Shown piece by piece: positions 1 through 9,682 of a stretch of 64,000 bases of DNA (positions are counted from its first letter, which is position 1; each line of letters starts with the position of its first letter). The notes under the pieces were generated by a model. That model saw only the letters and a program-made list of their open reading frames with translations, made no database searches and was not told where the DNA came from. Source of the DNA: an uncultured Thermoplasmata archaeon (GTDB lineage Archaea; Thermoplasmatota; Thermoplasmata; UBA10834); NCBI GenBank assembly GCA_963719945.1, contig CAVRDX010000004.1, positions 1 to 64,000 of the forward strand, in the 5' to 3' direction. Made by a program: the position numbers and the translations under genes.

Positions 1-2
1 AC

Positions 3-488
3 TCCACCAAGGAGGCCATGCTCGCCAAGGAGCATTATGACGACATCGAATCCACGATATTCTACAAGGACATGAGAGCCTGCTCGAAGGGATTCTATGA
101 ATACGTCGAGCGCGCGAAGAGGGACTACAGCGTCAGGTACATCAACTCGGACGCCACGGTCCAGGAGAACTCGGACAACCACAATCCGTTGGTAGTGTAC
201 GATGTCGGAGGCAGGCAGCAGTCCGAGGAGTTCGACCTCGTCGTGCTCGCAACCACACTCGTGCCGAAGAAGGAGACTACCGAACTCGCGAAGACCTTGG
301 GTCTGAAGCAGGACGAGTTCGGGTTCCTGGAATCCTCTGACAGGATCCTCGGACCCGGCAGGACCGTGGTCCCAGGGATATACCTGGCAGGATACTGCGC
401 CGGCCCAGCGGATATACCCGAGTCGGTCGCTCAGGGCTCTAGCGCGGCGGCGAAGGCGATCGAAGCGCTCGTGCAGGCAGGGGGATGA
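3..488 (+). CDS. hdrA: HdrA-like flavoprotein module, 5'-partial (begins before the window)
   Basis: Frame open from the window start (STKEAMLAKEH). Motifs FYKDMRA, DLVVLAT and GIYLAGYCAGPADIPESVAQG align with the N-terminal module of the 1012-aa HdrA. Confidence 0.9.
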   Translation, partial: STKEAMLAKEHYDDIESTIFYKDMRACSKGFYEYVERAKRDYSVRYINSDATVQENSDNHNPLVVYDVGGRQQSEEFDLVVLATTLVPKKETTELAKTLGLKQDEFGFLESSDRILGPGRTVVPGIYLAGYCAGPADIPESVAQGSSAAAKAIEALVQAGG

Positions 489-2365
489 TTCAGATGGCCG
501 AGAACAAGGAATCGATCCAGAATGAGAAGCCGAGGATAGGCGTGTTCGTCTGCCACTGCGGTTCGAACATAGGCGGGTTCGTCGATGTTCCGACTGTCGC
601 GGAGTATGCGAAGACCTTGCCAGACGTTGTCTATTCGACCGACAACCTGTACACCTGTGCCGAGGACGGTCTCAGCAACATAAGGGAGGCCATAAGGAAG
701 CACAACCTGAACAGGGTCATCGTCGCGAGCTGCACGCCGAGGACGCACGCACCGCTGTTCCAGTCGACCTGCGAGTCCGCAGGACTCAACAAGTATCTGT
801 TCACATTCGTGAACATAAGAGAACACTGTTCCTGGGTCCATATGAAGGAGAAGGACAAGGCGACGGTCAAGGCCAAGGACCTCATAAGGATGGGTGTTTC
901 CCGGGCCAGGCTGCTCGTGCCCCAGGAAGAGGTCAAGGTCGATGTCGAGTCTGTCGCCCTGGTGGTGGGTGGTGGAGTCAGCGGGATGACCGCTGCCCTG
1001 TCCCTTGCGAACATGGGATTCCCCGTACACCTCATCGAGAGGGACGGAGAACTCGGAGGGTTCGTCAAGCTCCTGAACAACCTCTATGTCACGGACAAGG
1101 GGGCGGAGGAGACGATAGCCCCATTGATCAAGAAGGTCAACGAACAGAAGAACATCACGGTATACACCAACTCGATGCTGAAGAGCGTCGAAGGATTCAT
1201 CGGAAACTACGAGGCCGTAATAGGCCAGAAAGGGACCGAGGACAAGAAGGTCAAGGTCGGGACGATCGTCGTGGCAACGGGTGCGCTGGAGTACATCCCC
1301 GAAGGGTTGTACGGCTACAACCAGTTCCCGAACGTCGTCACCCTGACAGAGTTCGAGATACTGTGCAAGAAGAAGACCCTTCCGAAGCTGAAGAGCGTCG
1401 CGTTCGTACAATGCGCAGGGTCCAGGGGACAGAAGCTCAGCTACTGCTCCAGGATCTGCTGCAATGTGGCGATCAAGAACGCGATCAATATCGTGGACAA
1501 TTATGAGAACATGCTCGGGCTCGCCGAGAAGCAGGGCACTGTCGTCGACAAGATCCCGGTCGAGAAGAAGGCGACGGACGAGATCCTCGAGCGCAGACGA
1601 AGGAGACGCGGCCGAGGAGCTGAGGGCGAGAGCGATGCCGAAGAGGTGAAGCTTGGCCCGTCCGAGAAGATCGAGGTCACCGTGTTCAACAGGGATGTCA
1701 TGGCATACGGTGTGGAGCATGAGCTCAACTACAACAAGGCCAGGGAGAAGAGGGTCAAGTTCGTGAGATACACGACCGACAACCTTCCCAAGGTGTTCAT
1801 GGAGGACAACCAGCTCAAGGTGACCTATTTCCATGAGACGCTCAAGCTGGAGAGGACCATGCCGGTCGATATGGTCATATTGTCGACCCCGCTCGTCGCT
1901 CAGCCTGATGCGGAAGACCTGTCGAAGCTGCTCAAGGTGCCGCTGGGCCAGGAAGGATTCTTCCTGGAGGCGCATGTCAAGCTCAGGCCGGTGGACTTCG
2001 CGACCGATGGTATCTATGTCTGCGGGACCTGCAAGGGGCCGGCAGATATCTCAGAGTGCGCCATACAGGGTGCCGCTGCGGCATCAAGGGCGGCCATACC
2101 GATGGCGAAGGGATATGTGCAGGCCGAGGCGCTGACATCAGTCGTGGACGAGACCAAGTGCACTGGCTGTGGCACTTGTATCGCAGTCTGCCCGTATGGC
2201 GCGTTGAGAAAGAACGACAAAGGTCTGGCTGAGGCCATAGCCGCGGCGTGCAAGGGTTGCGGCGCCTGTGGTGCCACATGCCCTGAGGGCGCGATAACTA
2301 TGACGAATTACACCGATGCTCAGCTGCTTGCTGAAGCAAGGGCAGCTCTCGATGAGGAGGTGTGA
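485..2365 (+). CDS. hdrA: HdrA-like FAD/Fe-S protein (626 aa) with Arg-rich insertion
   Basis: RIGVFVCHCG, ASCTPRTH, IREHCSWVH, GGGVSG Rossmann motif, QCAGSR...CSRICC, C-terminal 2x[4Fe-4S] ferredoxin. Confidence 0.95.
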   Translation: MIQMAENKESIQNEKPRIGVFVCHCGSNIGGFVDVPTVAEYAKTLPDVVYSTDNLYTCAEDGLSNIREAIRKHNLNRVIVASCTPRTHAPLFQSTCESAGLNKYLFTFVNIREHCSWVHMKEKDKATVKAKDLIRMGVSRARLLVPQEEVKVDVESVALVVGGGVSGMTAALSLANMGFPVHLIERDGELGGFVKLLNNLYVTDKGAEETIAPLIKKVNEQKNITVYTNSMLKSVEGFIGNYEAVIGQKGTEDKKVKVGTIVVATGALEYIPEGLYGYNQFPNVVTLTEFEILCKKKTLPKLKSVAFVQCAGSRGQKLSYCSRICCNVAIKNAINIVDNYENMLGLAEKQGTVVDKIPVEKKATDEILERRRRRRGRGAEGESDAEEVKLGPSEKIEVTVFNRDVMAYGVEHELNYNKAREKRVKFVRYTTDNLPKVFMEDNQLKVTYFHETLKLERTMPVDMVILSTPLVAQPDAEDLSKLLKVPLGQEGFFLEAHVKLRPVDFATDGIYVCGTCKGPADISECAIQGAAAASRAAIPMAKGYVQAEALTSVVDETKCTGCGTCIAVCPYGALRKNDKGLAEAIAAACKGCGACGATCPEGAITMTNYTDAQLLAEARAALDEEV

Positions 2366-2368
2366 GAG

Positions 2369-3202
2369 ATGACAGAAAAACATCACGCCGCCCATCACGA
2401 GACGCACGCACCAGAGAAGAAGCACGATGGCGAATGGGAACCGAAAATCATCGGATTCCTCTGCAACTGGTGCTCCTATGCAGGAGCGGACCTGTGTGGA
2501 GTCAGCAGGTACCAGTATCCGACCAACATACGCCCGGTCAGGGTCATGTGCTCTACGAGGATCAGTCCGCACCTGGTGTTGGACATCTTCAAAGCAGGAG
2601 CCGACGGTGTACTGCTCGGTGGCTGCCACATAGGTGACTGCCATTACATCAGCGGGAACTACTACACGGAGAAGCGCGTGAACCTCATGAAGAAGCTGCT
2701 CAAGGAGTGCGGCATAGCGCCCGAGAGACTCAGGCTCGAATGGGTGTCCGCATCCGAGGGAGAGAAGTTCTCGAAGGTCGTGACGGAGTTCACGGAGACC
2801 GTGAAGGCCATGGGACCGAACAAGGTCAAGAAGGATGACAGGTTGATGTCCAGGGTAGCGGCCGCGGACATGGCGTCCGAGACATTCCGGTTGAAGGCGC
2901 TCGTGGGCAAGGAACTGAACCTTGTCGGCAAGGGTAATGTCTACGACAACAAGCTGGACCCGGCAGAGATAGAGAAGATAATAACAGAGGCGACCTCCGA
3001 TGAGTTCGAGAGGAGCCTCATTCTTGAGTTGTCCAGGACCAAAGCGAGGTCCGTGAAGGAGCTCGGAGAGATAATGGAGGTCCCGACGGACAAGGTGCTC
3101 AGACACATCGTCCTGCTCAGGCAGAACAGTCTGATCGCCATGGAACACCCGGAGGGATTCACCCCCACATACAAGACAATAGAGATCGGAGGTGAGAAGT
3201 GA
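2369..3202 (+). CDS. mvhD: MvhD-type [2Fe-2S] subunit fused to a C-terminal winged-helix-like domain
   Basis: FLCNWCSYAGAD, RVMCS, GCHIGDCHY, WVSASEG, followed by a ~120-aa extension similar to ORF 6686-7075. Confidence 0.92.
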   Translation: MTEKHHAAHHETHAPEKKHDGEWEPKIIGFLCNWCSYAGADLCGVSRYQYPTNIRPVRVMCSTRISPHLVLDIFKAGADGVLLGGCHIGDCHYISGNYYTEKRVNLMKKLLKECGIAPERLRLEWVSASEGEKFSKVVTEFTETVKAMGPNKVKKDDRLMSRVAAADMASETFRLKALVGKELNLVGKGNVYDNKLDPAEIEKIITEATSDEFERSLILELSRTKARSVKELGEIMEVPTDKVLRHIVLLRQNSLIAMEHPEGFTPTYKTIEIGGEK

Positions 3203-6200
3203 TGGCTACTACTGACAAGGTCGGCGCGGTCATGGTTGTAGGCGGAGGCATATCTGGTCTCCAGTCCGCACTGGACCTTGCTGATTCCGGATACAAGGTA
3301 TATCTGGTTGAGAAGAAGGCGAGCATAGGCGGCACGATGGCCCAGCTCGATAAGACCTTCCCGACGAACGACTGCGCCATGTGTATCATGGCACCCAAGC
3401 TGGTCGCCGCTGGCAGGCACCACAACATCCAGCTGATCACGAACGCGGACATCGCCATCGTAGACGGCCAGGCAGGCAACTTCACCGTCACGGTGAGGCA
3501 GAGGGCCTTCAGGGTCGATCCGACGAAGTGCACGGGCTGCGGAAGCTGCGCCCAGAAGTGCCCGATCGAAGCCGTGGACGAGTACAACGAGTCGACGAAG
3601 ATCAGGAAAGCGATCTATGTCGCATATCCACAGGCCGTACCATTGATCTACTCGATAGATCCAGAGAAGTGCATAGGTTGCGGGATATGCGCGGAGGAGT
3701 GCAAGGCCAAGGCGGTCGACTACGATCAGAAGGAGAAGGTCCTCGAGATCAAGGTCGGATCGATCATCGTGTCCCCAGGCTTCGACGAGTTCAACGCGCG
3801 CCTGAAGACCGAATATGGCTATGGCGTGTACCAGAACGTGGTCACCAGCATAGAGTTCGAGAGGATGCTGAGCGCGACCGGACCTTACTTCGGGACAGTG
3901 CTCAGGCCATCGGATGGTGACATACCCGAGAAGATCGCGTTCATACAGTGTGTCGGCTCGAGGGACGAGCATTGCGGCAACGAGTACTGCTCCAGCGTCT
4001 GTTGCATGTACTCGATGAAGGAGGCCATAATAGCCAAGGAGCACGGAGGGAACATCAAGCCCTCGATATTCTTCATGGACATGAGGGCCTTCGGCAAGGA
4101 GTTCGATGAGTATTACAACCGTGCGAAGAACGAGTACGGCATAAACTTCGTCAGGTCGAGGGTCGCGGCGGTCGCCGAGAACCCGAAGACTAAGAACCTG
4201 ATCATCAAGTACGTTCAGAACGGCGAGCCGAAGGAAGAGGAGTTCGGTCTGGTCGTGTTGGCCGTCGGTCTGACACCGCCTGCGGACGCGGAGAATCTGA
4301 GCCGAGTCATGAAGTTCAGGCTGAACGACGACGGTTTCTGCCAGACAGGCGTGTTCTCGCCAGTCGAGACATCCAGACCCGGCATATTCGTCAGCGGCGC
4401 GTTCTCGTCACCGAAGGACATCCCTATGACCGTCGCAGAGGCGAGCGGTGCCGCTGCCAAGGCAGGCACCGAGATAGCAGCCTCCAGGAACACATTGGTC
4501 ACCAAGAAGGAGTACCCGAAGGAGATCGATGTGGCCGGCAAGGAGCCCAGGGTAGGCGTGTTCATCTGCCACTGCGGTATCAACATCGGCGGAGTCGTCA
4601 ATGTTCCGGAAGTCATGGAATACGCGAAGACACTGCCAAATGTGGTGTATGCCGAGCAGAACCTGTACACTTGTTCCGCAGATGCTCAGGAGAAGATCAA
4701 GGAGAAGGTCAAGGAGCACGACCTGAACAGGGTGGTCGTCGCCAGCTGCACGCCGAGGACGCACGAACCACTGTTCCAGAACACCATCAGGGAGGCTGGC
4801 CTCAACGCATATCTGTTCGAGATGGCGAACATCAGAGACCAGTGCTCATGGATACACATGCACGAGCCCAAGGCCGCCACGAAGAAGGCCAAGGACCTTG
4901 TGCGGATGGCTCTTGCGAAGTCGAGGTTGCTGGAACCGCTCGAGAACCTCACGATAAGCGTGAACCAGGACGCCCTCGTCATAGGCGGTGGAGTGAGTGG
5001 CATGGTATCTGCTCTCGAGTTGGCCAAGCAGGGCATCAAGGTGCATCTGGTTGAGAAGGAGAAGGAACTCGGAGGAAACCTGAGGAAGCTTCACTATCTC
5101 CCATCCGGGGACGACCCCGACGAGTATCTCAAGAGGATGGATCAGGAGATCCGAGCGAACAAGAACATCACGCTGCACCTCGGAACGAACGTCAAGAGCA
5201 TCGATGGATATGTGGGCAACTTCAAGACACAGCTCACAGACGGCTCCGAGATGGAGCATGGTGTCGTCGTTGTCGCCGTCGGCGGACGGGAGTACAAGCC
5301 CGAGGGAGAGTACCTGTACGGCAAGAACGCCAATGTGATGACGCTCCTCGAGTTCAAGGAAAAGATGAAGAAGGGAGAGGTCAAGGGCGACTCCTATGTG
5401 TTCGTCCAGTGCGTCGGGTCCAGAGAGGATAAGTTCCCGAACTGTTCCCGCGTATGTTGCACGGGCACGATGACCGCGGCCAACAAGATCAAGGACAAGG
5501 ACCCGAACGCGAAGGTGTACGTCCTCTACAGGGACATCAGGACCTATGGCTTCAGAGAGAAGTATTACAAGGAGGCCGCACAGAAGGGCGTGACCTTCAT
5601 ACGGTTCGACGATGAGAAGAAACCCGTCGTGGATGAAAAGGGCGGCAAGATCGAGGTGAAGGTGTTGGACGAGGACACTGGCAAGGAGGTCGTTCTGAGG
5701 CCAGACTGCCTTGTTCTCGCATCCGGAACCAGACCCCAGGAAGACGCCGAGCTGCTCGCGCCCATGCTGAAGGTCCCGATGACCAAGGAAGGGTTCTTCC
5801 TGGAAGCGCATATGAAGCTGAGGCCGATCGACTTCGCCACCGAAGGTGTCTATCTCGCTGGTGTGGCCCATTCACCGAAATTCGTGGATGAGAGCATCGC
5901 GCAGGCGCTAGGAGCGGTCGCCAGGGCCATGACTGTCCTGTCCAAGACCACGCTGGAGGCCGAGGGGATAGTCGCGAGCGTCAACCAGGAATATTGTGAC
6001 GGTTGCGGTATCTGCGTGCCGACCTGCGAATACAAGGCGCTCGAGATCATCAACAACAAGGACATCAAGGACAAGAAGATCGTCGATATCAATGTCGGTC
6101 TGTGCAAGGGCTGCGGCGCCTGTGTGGGAGCTTGCCCCGCTGGCGCACTGACCCAGAAGGGATTCAGGGACGAACAGATCCTCGCGATGATCGATGCTGC

Positions 6201-6237
6201 GCTTGAGGGACCGAAGAAGCAGGAGGTGAAGCAATGA
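3199..6237 (+). CDS. hdrA: Large tandem HdrA-like protein with two FAD modules (1012 aa)
   Basis: GGGISG...LDKTFPTNDCAMC, inserted ferredoxin, second module VGVFICHCG/GGGVSG, C-terminal ferredoxin. Confidence 0.95.
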   Translation: MMATTDKVGAVMVVGGGISGLQSALDLADSGYKVYLVEKKASIGGTMAQLDKTFPTNDCAMCIMAPKLVAAGRHHNIQLITNADIAIVDGQAGNFTVTVRQRAFRVDPTKCTGCGSCAQKCPIEAVDEYNESTKIRKAIYVAYPQAVPLIYSIDPEKCIGCGICAEECKAKAVDYDQKEKVLEIKVGSIIVSPGFDEFNARLKTEYGYGVYQNVVTSIEFERMLSATGPYFGTVLRPSDGDIPEKIAFIQCVGSRDEHCGNEYCSSVCCMYSMKEAIIAKEHGGNIKPSIFFMDMRAFGKEFDEYYNRAKNEYGINFVRSRVAAVAENPKTKNLIIKYVQNGEPKEEEFGLVVLAVGLTPPADAENLSRVMKFRLNDDGFCQTGVFSPVETSRPGIFVSGAFSSPKDIPMTVAEASGAAAKAGTEIAASRNTLVTKKEYPKEIDVAGKEPRVGVFICHCGINIGGVVNVPEVMEYAKTLPNVVYAEQNLYTCSADAQEKIKEKVKEHDLNRVVVASCTPRTHEPLFQNTIREAGLNAYLFEMANIRDQCSWIHMHEPKAATKKAKDLVRMALAKSRLLEPLENLTISVNQDALVIGGGVSGMVSALELAKQGIKVHLVEKEKELGGNLRKLHYLPSGDDPDEYLKRMDQEIRANKNITLHLGTNVKSIDGYVGNFKTQLTDGSEMEHGVVVVAVGGREYKPEGEYLYGKNANVMTLLEFKEKMKKGEVKGDSYVFVQCVGSREDKFPNCSRVCCTGTMTAANKIKDKDPNAKVYVLYRDIRTYGFREKYYKEAAQKGVTFIRFDDEKKPVVDEKGGKIEVKVLDEDTGKEVVLRPDCLVLASGTRPQEDAELLAPMLKVPMTKEGFFLEAHMKLRPIDFATEGVYLAGVAHSPKFVDESIAQALGAVARAMTVLSKTTLEAEGIVASVNQEYCDGCGICVPTCEYKALEIINNKDIKDKKIVDINVGLCKGCGACVGACPAGALTQKGFRDEQILAMIDAALEGPKKQEVKQ

Positions 6238-6689
6238 GTTCAGATGCTCACAGCCATCATAAAGGCGGTGCGGACCACGGATTCGAGCCGAAGATCATAG
6301 TGTTCTGCTGCAACTGGTGCTCGTACGCGGGAGCGGACCTGGCAGGAGTCAGCAGGCTCCAGATGCCACCCCATTTCAGGGTAATCAGGGTCATGTGCTC
6401 CGCGAGGGTCGACCCCGAGTTCGTCCTCAGGGCGTTCGAGAGGGGTGCGGACGGCATCCTGGTCGCGGGCTGCCACCCAGCGGACTGCCACTACATAGGT
6501 GGAAACTACAGGACCCGCAGGAGGATAGCTTTGCTGAAGATGCTCATACAGCAGTTCGGTTATGACACGGACAGACTGCAGCTGGAATGGATCTCGGCCG
6601 GCGAGGGCGAGAAGTTCCAGAAGACAATGACCGAATTCACGAACACGATAAACGAGCTTGGACCATCTCCGATTAGAGGTGGTGAATGA
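6234..6689 (+). CDS. mvhD: MvhD [2Fe-2S] hydrogenase delta subunit
   Basis: CCNWCSYAGADLAG, RVMCS, GCHPADCHY, WISAGEG; GGAGGTGA RBS. Confidence 0.95.
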   Translation: MSSDAHSHHKGGADHGFEPKIIVFCCNWCSYAGADLAGVSRLQMPPHFRVIRVMCSARVDPEFVLRAFERGADGILVAGCHPADCHYIGGNYRTRRRIALLKMLIQQFGYDTDRLQLEWISAGEGEKFQKTMTEFTNTINELGPSPIRGGE

Positions 6690-7075
6690 GGATGACTGGG
6701 AGAAGGGCCAGGATCGAGGCGGCTAGAAGGACCGTCGAGGGCGAGCGCATAAGATGGCTCCTCGGAAAGAAGGGGCAGCTCACGACGGAAGGTAATGTGT
6801 TCGGCGAGAAGATCACGGAAGCGAGGTACAGCTTCATCGTGCAGAAGGCTGCGGCGGTGGAACTGGAGAGGAACCTGCTCCTGTCACAGATGGAGAAGGG
6901 ACCAAGGACCGTGCACGAGATGCACGATTCCACTGGCATCGCGAAGCCGGAGATCGTCAGGCACATAATCGCCCTGAAGAAGTGGAGGCTGGTCGAACAG
7001 ACCGGCATGAAAGGGCAGTCGCCTCAGTACTCGGCAGTTCCCGGTAAGCAATCGGACATAGGAGAGGTGAGCTGA
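6686..7075 (+). CDS. Winged-helix-like protein, homologous to the C-terminal extension of the first MvhD
   Basis: RIRWLLGKKGQLTTEGNVFG...ELERNLLL...TVHEM...EIVRHIIALK versus RLKALVGKELNLVGKGNVYD...EFERSLIL...SVKEL...KVLRHIVLLR. Confidence 0.8.
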   Translation: MRMTGRRARIEAARRTVEGERIRWLLGKKGQLTTEGNVFGEKITEARYSFIVQKAAAVELERNLLLSQMEKGPRTVHEMHDSTGIAKPEIVRHIIALKKWRLVEQTGMKGQSPQYSAVPGKQSDIGEVS

Positions 7076-7076
7076 A

Positions 7077-8090
7077 ATGGCTGAGAAGATCAAGATCGCG
7101 CAGTACTGGGGAGCAGGCTGCGGCGGATGTGACGTAGCACTCCTGGACATAGACGCGAAGATTCTGGACATACATGCGATTGCAGAGGTCGTGTTCTGGC
7201 CCATCGGCTTCGATGGCAAGCTGGAAGACATCGAGAAGATGCCCGACAAGTCGATCACGGTATCGTTCTACAACGGAGCCATAAGGAACTCCGAGAACGA
7301 GCACGTGGCCAAGCTGCTCAGAGCGAAATCGGTGATAGTGATAGGCTTCGGGTCCTGCGCCTGCTTCGGTGGGACGCCCGGCCTGGGCAATGTGACAAAC
7401 AGGGAAGAGGTATTCGAGACAGTCTACAAGAAGACGCAGTCCACAGATAACCCCAAGGGGATCTACCCACAGGAACTAACCAAGGTCCCCGAAGGCGAGC
7501 TGGAGCTGCCGAAGTTCTACAACGATGTCAAAACGCTCGACGAAGTGATAGATGTCGACTACTTCATGCCCGGCTGTCCGCCGACGGTCAACCTGATCGC
7601 ACTGGCAGTCGATGCCGTCGTCCAGCATGTGACGAAGGGCGCGCCGTTGCCGCCGAAGGGCACTGTGATCGCCAGCGACAAGACCCTGTGTGACGAGTGT
7701 AAGAAGGAGAGGGTCGAGAAGAACAGGAGGATAGAGAAGATCTATCAGGCTTACGAGATCAAGCCCGACCCCAAGAAGTGCCTGCTGGACCAGGGAATCA
7801 TCTGTATAGGACCAGCGACCAGGGCGGGCTGTGGCGCGATGTGCCCCAACGCGAACATGCCCTGCAGAGGGTGCATGGGCCCGACCAAGGCAGTCATCGA
7901 CCAGGGCGCGAGCATGTTGAGTGCCGTGTCTTCTCTGCTTAACATCACAGATTCGGAGTCAAAGTTAAGTGAGGAGCAGATAATGGAAATGATGATGCAG
8001 GTCAAGGACCCGCTCGGCACGTTCTACGCGTTCACGCTGCCGAAGTCCCCGCTTAGAAGGATTGTCAAAGAGCGCAAGAGGAAGGGGTGA
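7077..8090 (+). CDS. mvhG: [NiFe]-hydrogenase small subunit MvhG
   Basis: GCGGCD, GSCACFGG, PGCPP, LCDEC, CLLDQGIICIGPATRAGC, PCRGC. Confidence 0.95.
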   Translation: MAEKIKIAQYWGAGCGGCDVALLDIDAKILDIHAIAEVVFWPIGFDGKLEDIEKMPDKSITVSFYNGAIRNSENEHVAKLLRAKSVIVIGFGSCACFGGTPGLGNVTNREEVFETVYKKTQSTDNPKGIYPQELTKVPEGELELPKFYNDVKTLDEVIDVDYFMPGCPPTVNLIALAVDAVVQHVTKGAPLPPKGTVIASDKTLCDECKKERVEKNRRIEKIYQAYEIKPDPKKCLLDQGIICIGPATRAGCGAMCPNANMPCRGCMGPTKAVIDQGASMLSAVSSLLNITDSESKLSEEQIMEMMMQVKDPLGTFYAFTLPKSPLRRIVKERKRKG

Positions 8091-8095
8091 TTGCA

Positions 8096-9610
8096 ATGGC
8101 AGGACCTATCATCAACGATACAACGGTGAAGACGAAGGAGAAGAAGATCACTATAGACCCGATCACGAGACTGGAGGGGCATGGCAAGATCGAGATATTC
8201 CTGGACGATGCTGGGAACGTCGCGAACGCATACCTCCAGGTCCCGGAACTCAGAGGATTCGAGAGGTTCTGTATCGGCCGTCACGTGCAGGAGCTGCCCG
8301 TGCTGACGAACAGGCTCTGCGGTGTATGTCCAGCTGCGCACCACATAGCGTCGACGAAGGCTTTGGACGCCGTGTTCAACGCCGAGCCGACTGCGACCGC
8401 CAAGAAGCTCAGGGAGCTGTTCTACATGGGACAGTACACCCACAGCCACATAGCGCACTTCTACGCCCTCGCGGCGCCTGACTTCGTCCTCGGACCATCG
8501 GCCCCGGCCAGCAAGAGGAACGTGCTGGGGGTCGTGGACGCAGTAGGTGTCCCGATCGGTGCCGAAGTGATAAAGCACAGGTCTTACGGTCAGAAGGTCC
8601 AGGAGATAATCGGTGGAAGGGCGACGCACCCGGTGTTCGGCCTCCCCGGCGGAGTCTCCAAGCAGATAAGCGAGGAGGAGCGCCTGCAGATGGTGGAGAT
8701 GGCAAAGTCGTGTGTCGAGTTCGGCAAGTTCACGATAAAGCTGTTCCACGATGTCGTGCTCGCCAACAAAGACTACCTCGGACTCATCCTGAACCAGGAC
8801 GCATACTACCTAGAGACCTACTACATGGGTATGGTCGACAAGAACAACAAGAGCAACTTCTACGATGGTGACATCCGCGTAGTCGACCAGACCGGCAAGC
8901 AGGTCGTGAAGTTCAAGCCCAGCGAGTACCTGGACATAATCGCCGAGCATGTCGAGCCATGGACCTACATGAAGATGCCCTACCTGAAGAGCGTCGGATG
9001 GAAGGGCTTCGAAGTCGGTCCATCGAGCGGCATCTACCGTGTCGGTCCTCTGGGCAGGATAAACGTGTGCGAAGGATACACCACACCTCTGGCTCAGGCC
9101 GAGTACGAAGCGCTCGCGAAGACCATGAAGGACCTTGGAGTCAAAGGTCCCGTGCACCACACGCTCGCGTATCACTGGGCAAGGGTGATCGAGCTGCAGT
9201 ACGCCGACGAGAGGATGCTCGAGCTCGCAAACGACAAGAGCATCACAAGCGATGACATCAGAGGAGCGTTCAACCCGCCGACCGAAGGGGTAGGCATCTG
9301 CGAGGCCCCGAGAGGCACGCTCATACATCACTATGCCTCGGACAAGGACGGCATCTGCACGAAGATCAACATGGTGGTCGCGACGACCAACAACTACGCT
9401 GCGATCAACACGAGCGTGAAGCAGGCGGCGAAGGCGTTGATCAAGAACGGCGAGGTCTCGCCAGGTCTGCTGAACAAGGTCGAGATGGCTTTCAGATGCT
9501 ACGACCCCTGCAACTCGTGCGGGACACACGCCCTGAACGGCGGCCCTGCGCTCGCAGTGAACATCCACAGAAAGGACGGCACTGTCGTCGAGACGCTCAA
9601 AAACTTCTGA
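8096..9610 (+). CDS. mvhA: [NiFe]-hydrogenase large subunit MvhA (group 3c-like)
   Basis: TRLEGHG, L1 RLCGVC, EAPRGTL, L2 YDPCNSCGTH plus a cleavable C-terminal tail; Cys rather than Sec. Confidence 0.95.
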   Translation: MAGPIINDTTVKTKEKKITIDPITRLEGHGKIEIFLDDAGNVANAYLQVPELRGFERFCIGRHVQELPVLTNRLCGVCPAAHHIASTKALDAVFNAEPTATAKKLRELFYMGQYTHSHIAHFYALAAPDFVLGPSAPASKRNVLGVVDAVGVPIGAEVIKHRSYGQKVQEIIGGRATHPVFGLPGGVSKQISEEERLQMVEMAKSCVEFGKFTIKLFHDVVLANKDYLGLILNQDAYYLETYYMGMVDKNNKSNFYDGDIRVVDQTGKQVVKFKPSEYLDIIAEHVEPWTYMKMPYLKSVGWKGFEVGPSSGIYRVGPLGRINVCEGYTTPLAQAEYEALAKTMKDLGVKGPVHHTLAYHWARVIELQYADERMLELANDKSITSDDIRGAFNPPTEGVGICEAPRGTLIHHYASDKDGICTKINMVVATTNNYAAINTSVKQAAKALIKNGEVSPGLLNKVEMAFRCYDPCNSCGTHALNGGPALAVNIHRKDGTVVETLKNF

Positions 9611-9618
9611 GAAACTCT

Positions 9619-9650
9619 GGAGGGGAAACCCTCCGAATTACGATTTTTCA
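9619..9650 (+). terminator. Stem-loop GGAGGG-GAAA-CCCTCC plus T tract after mvhA
   Basis: 6-bp stem with GNRA loop, followed by ATTTTTC. Confidence 0.45.
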
Positions 9651-9682
9651 TTGATCCAAGCAACAGTGCGGACAGGATAAAT

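Noticed and set aside
431-9568. Long antisense ORFs over the hdr/mvh genes (also over porAB at 36898-38052 and cdc48 at 40115-42141)
   Set aside because: Shadows of strongly biased codon usage on the coding strand; no motifs or RBS.
9490-9650. Selenocysteine in MvhA/MvhD/HdrA with the downstream hairpin as a SECIS
   Set aside because: The relevant positions are Cys codons with no in-frame TGA; the hairpin is a simple 6-bp stem.
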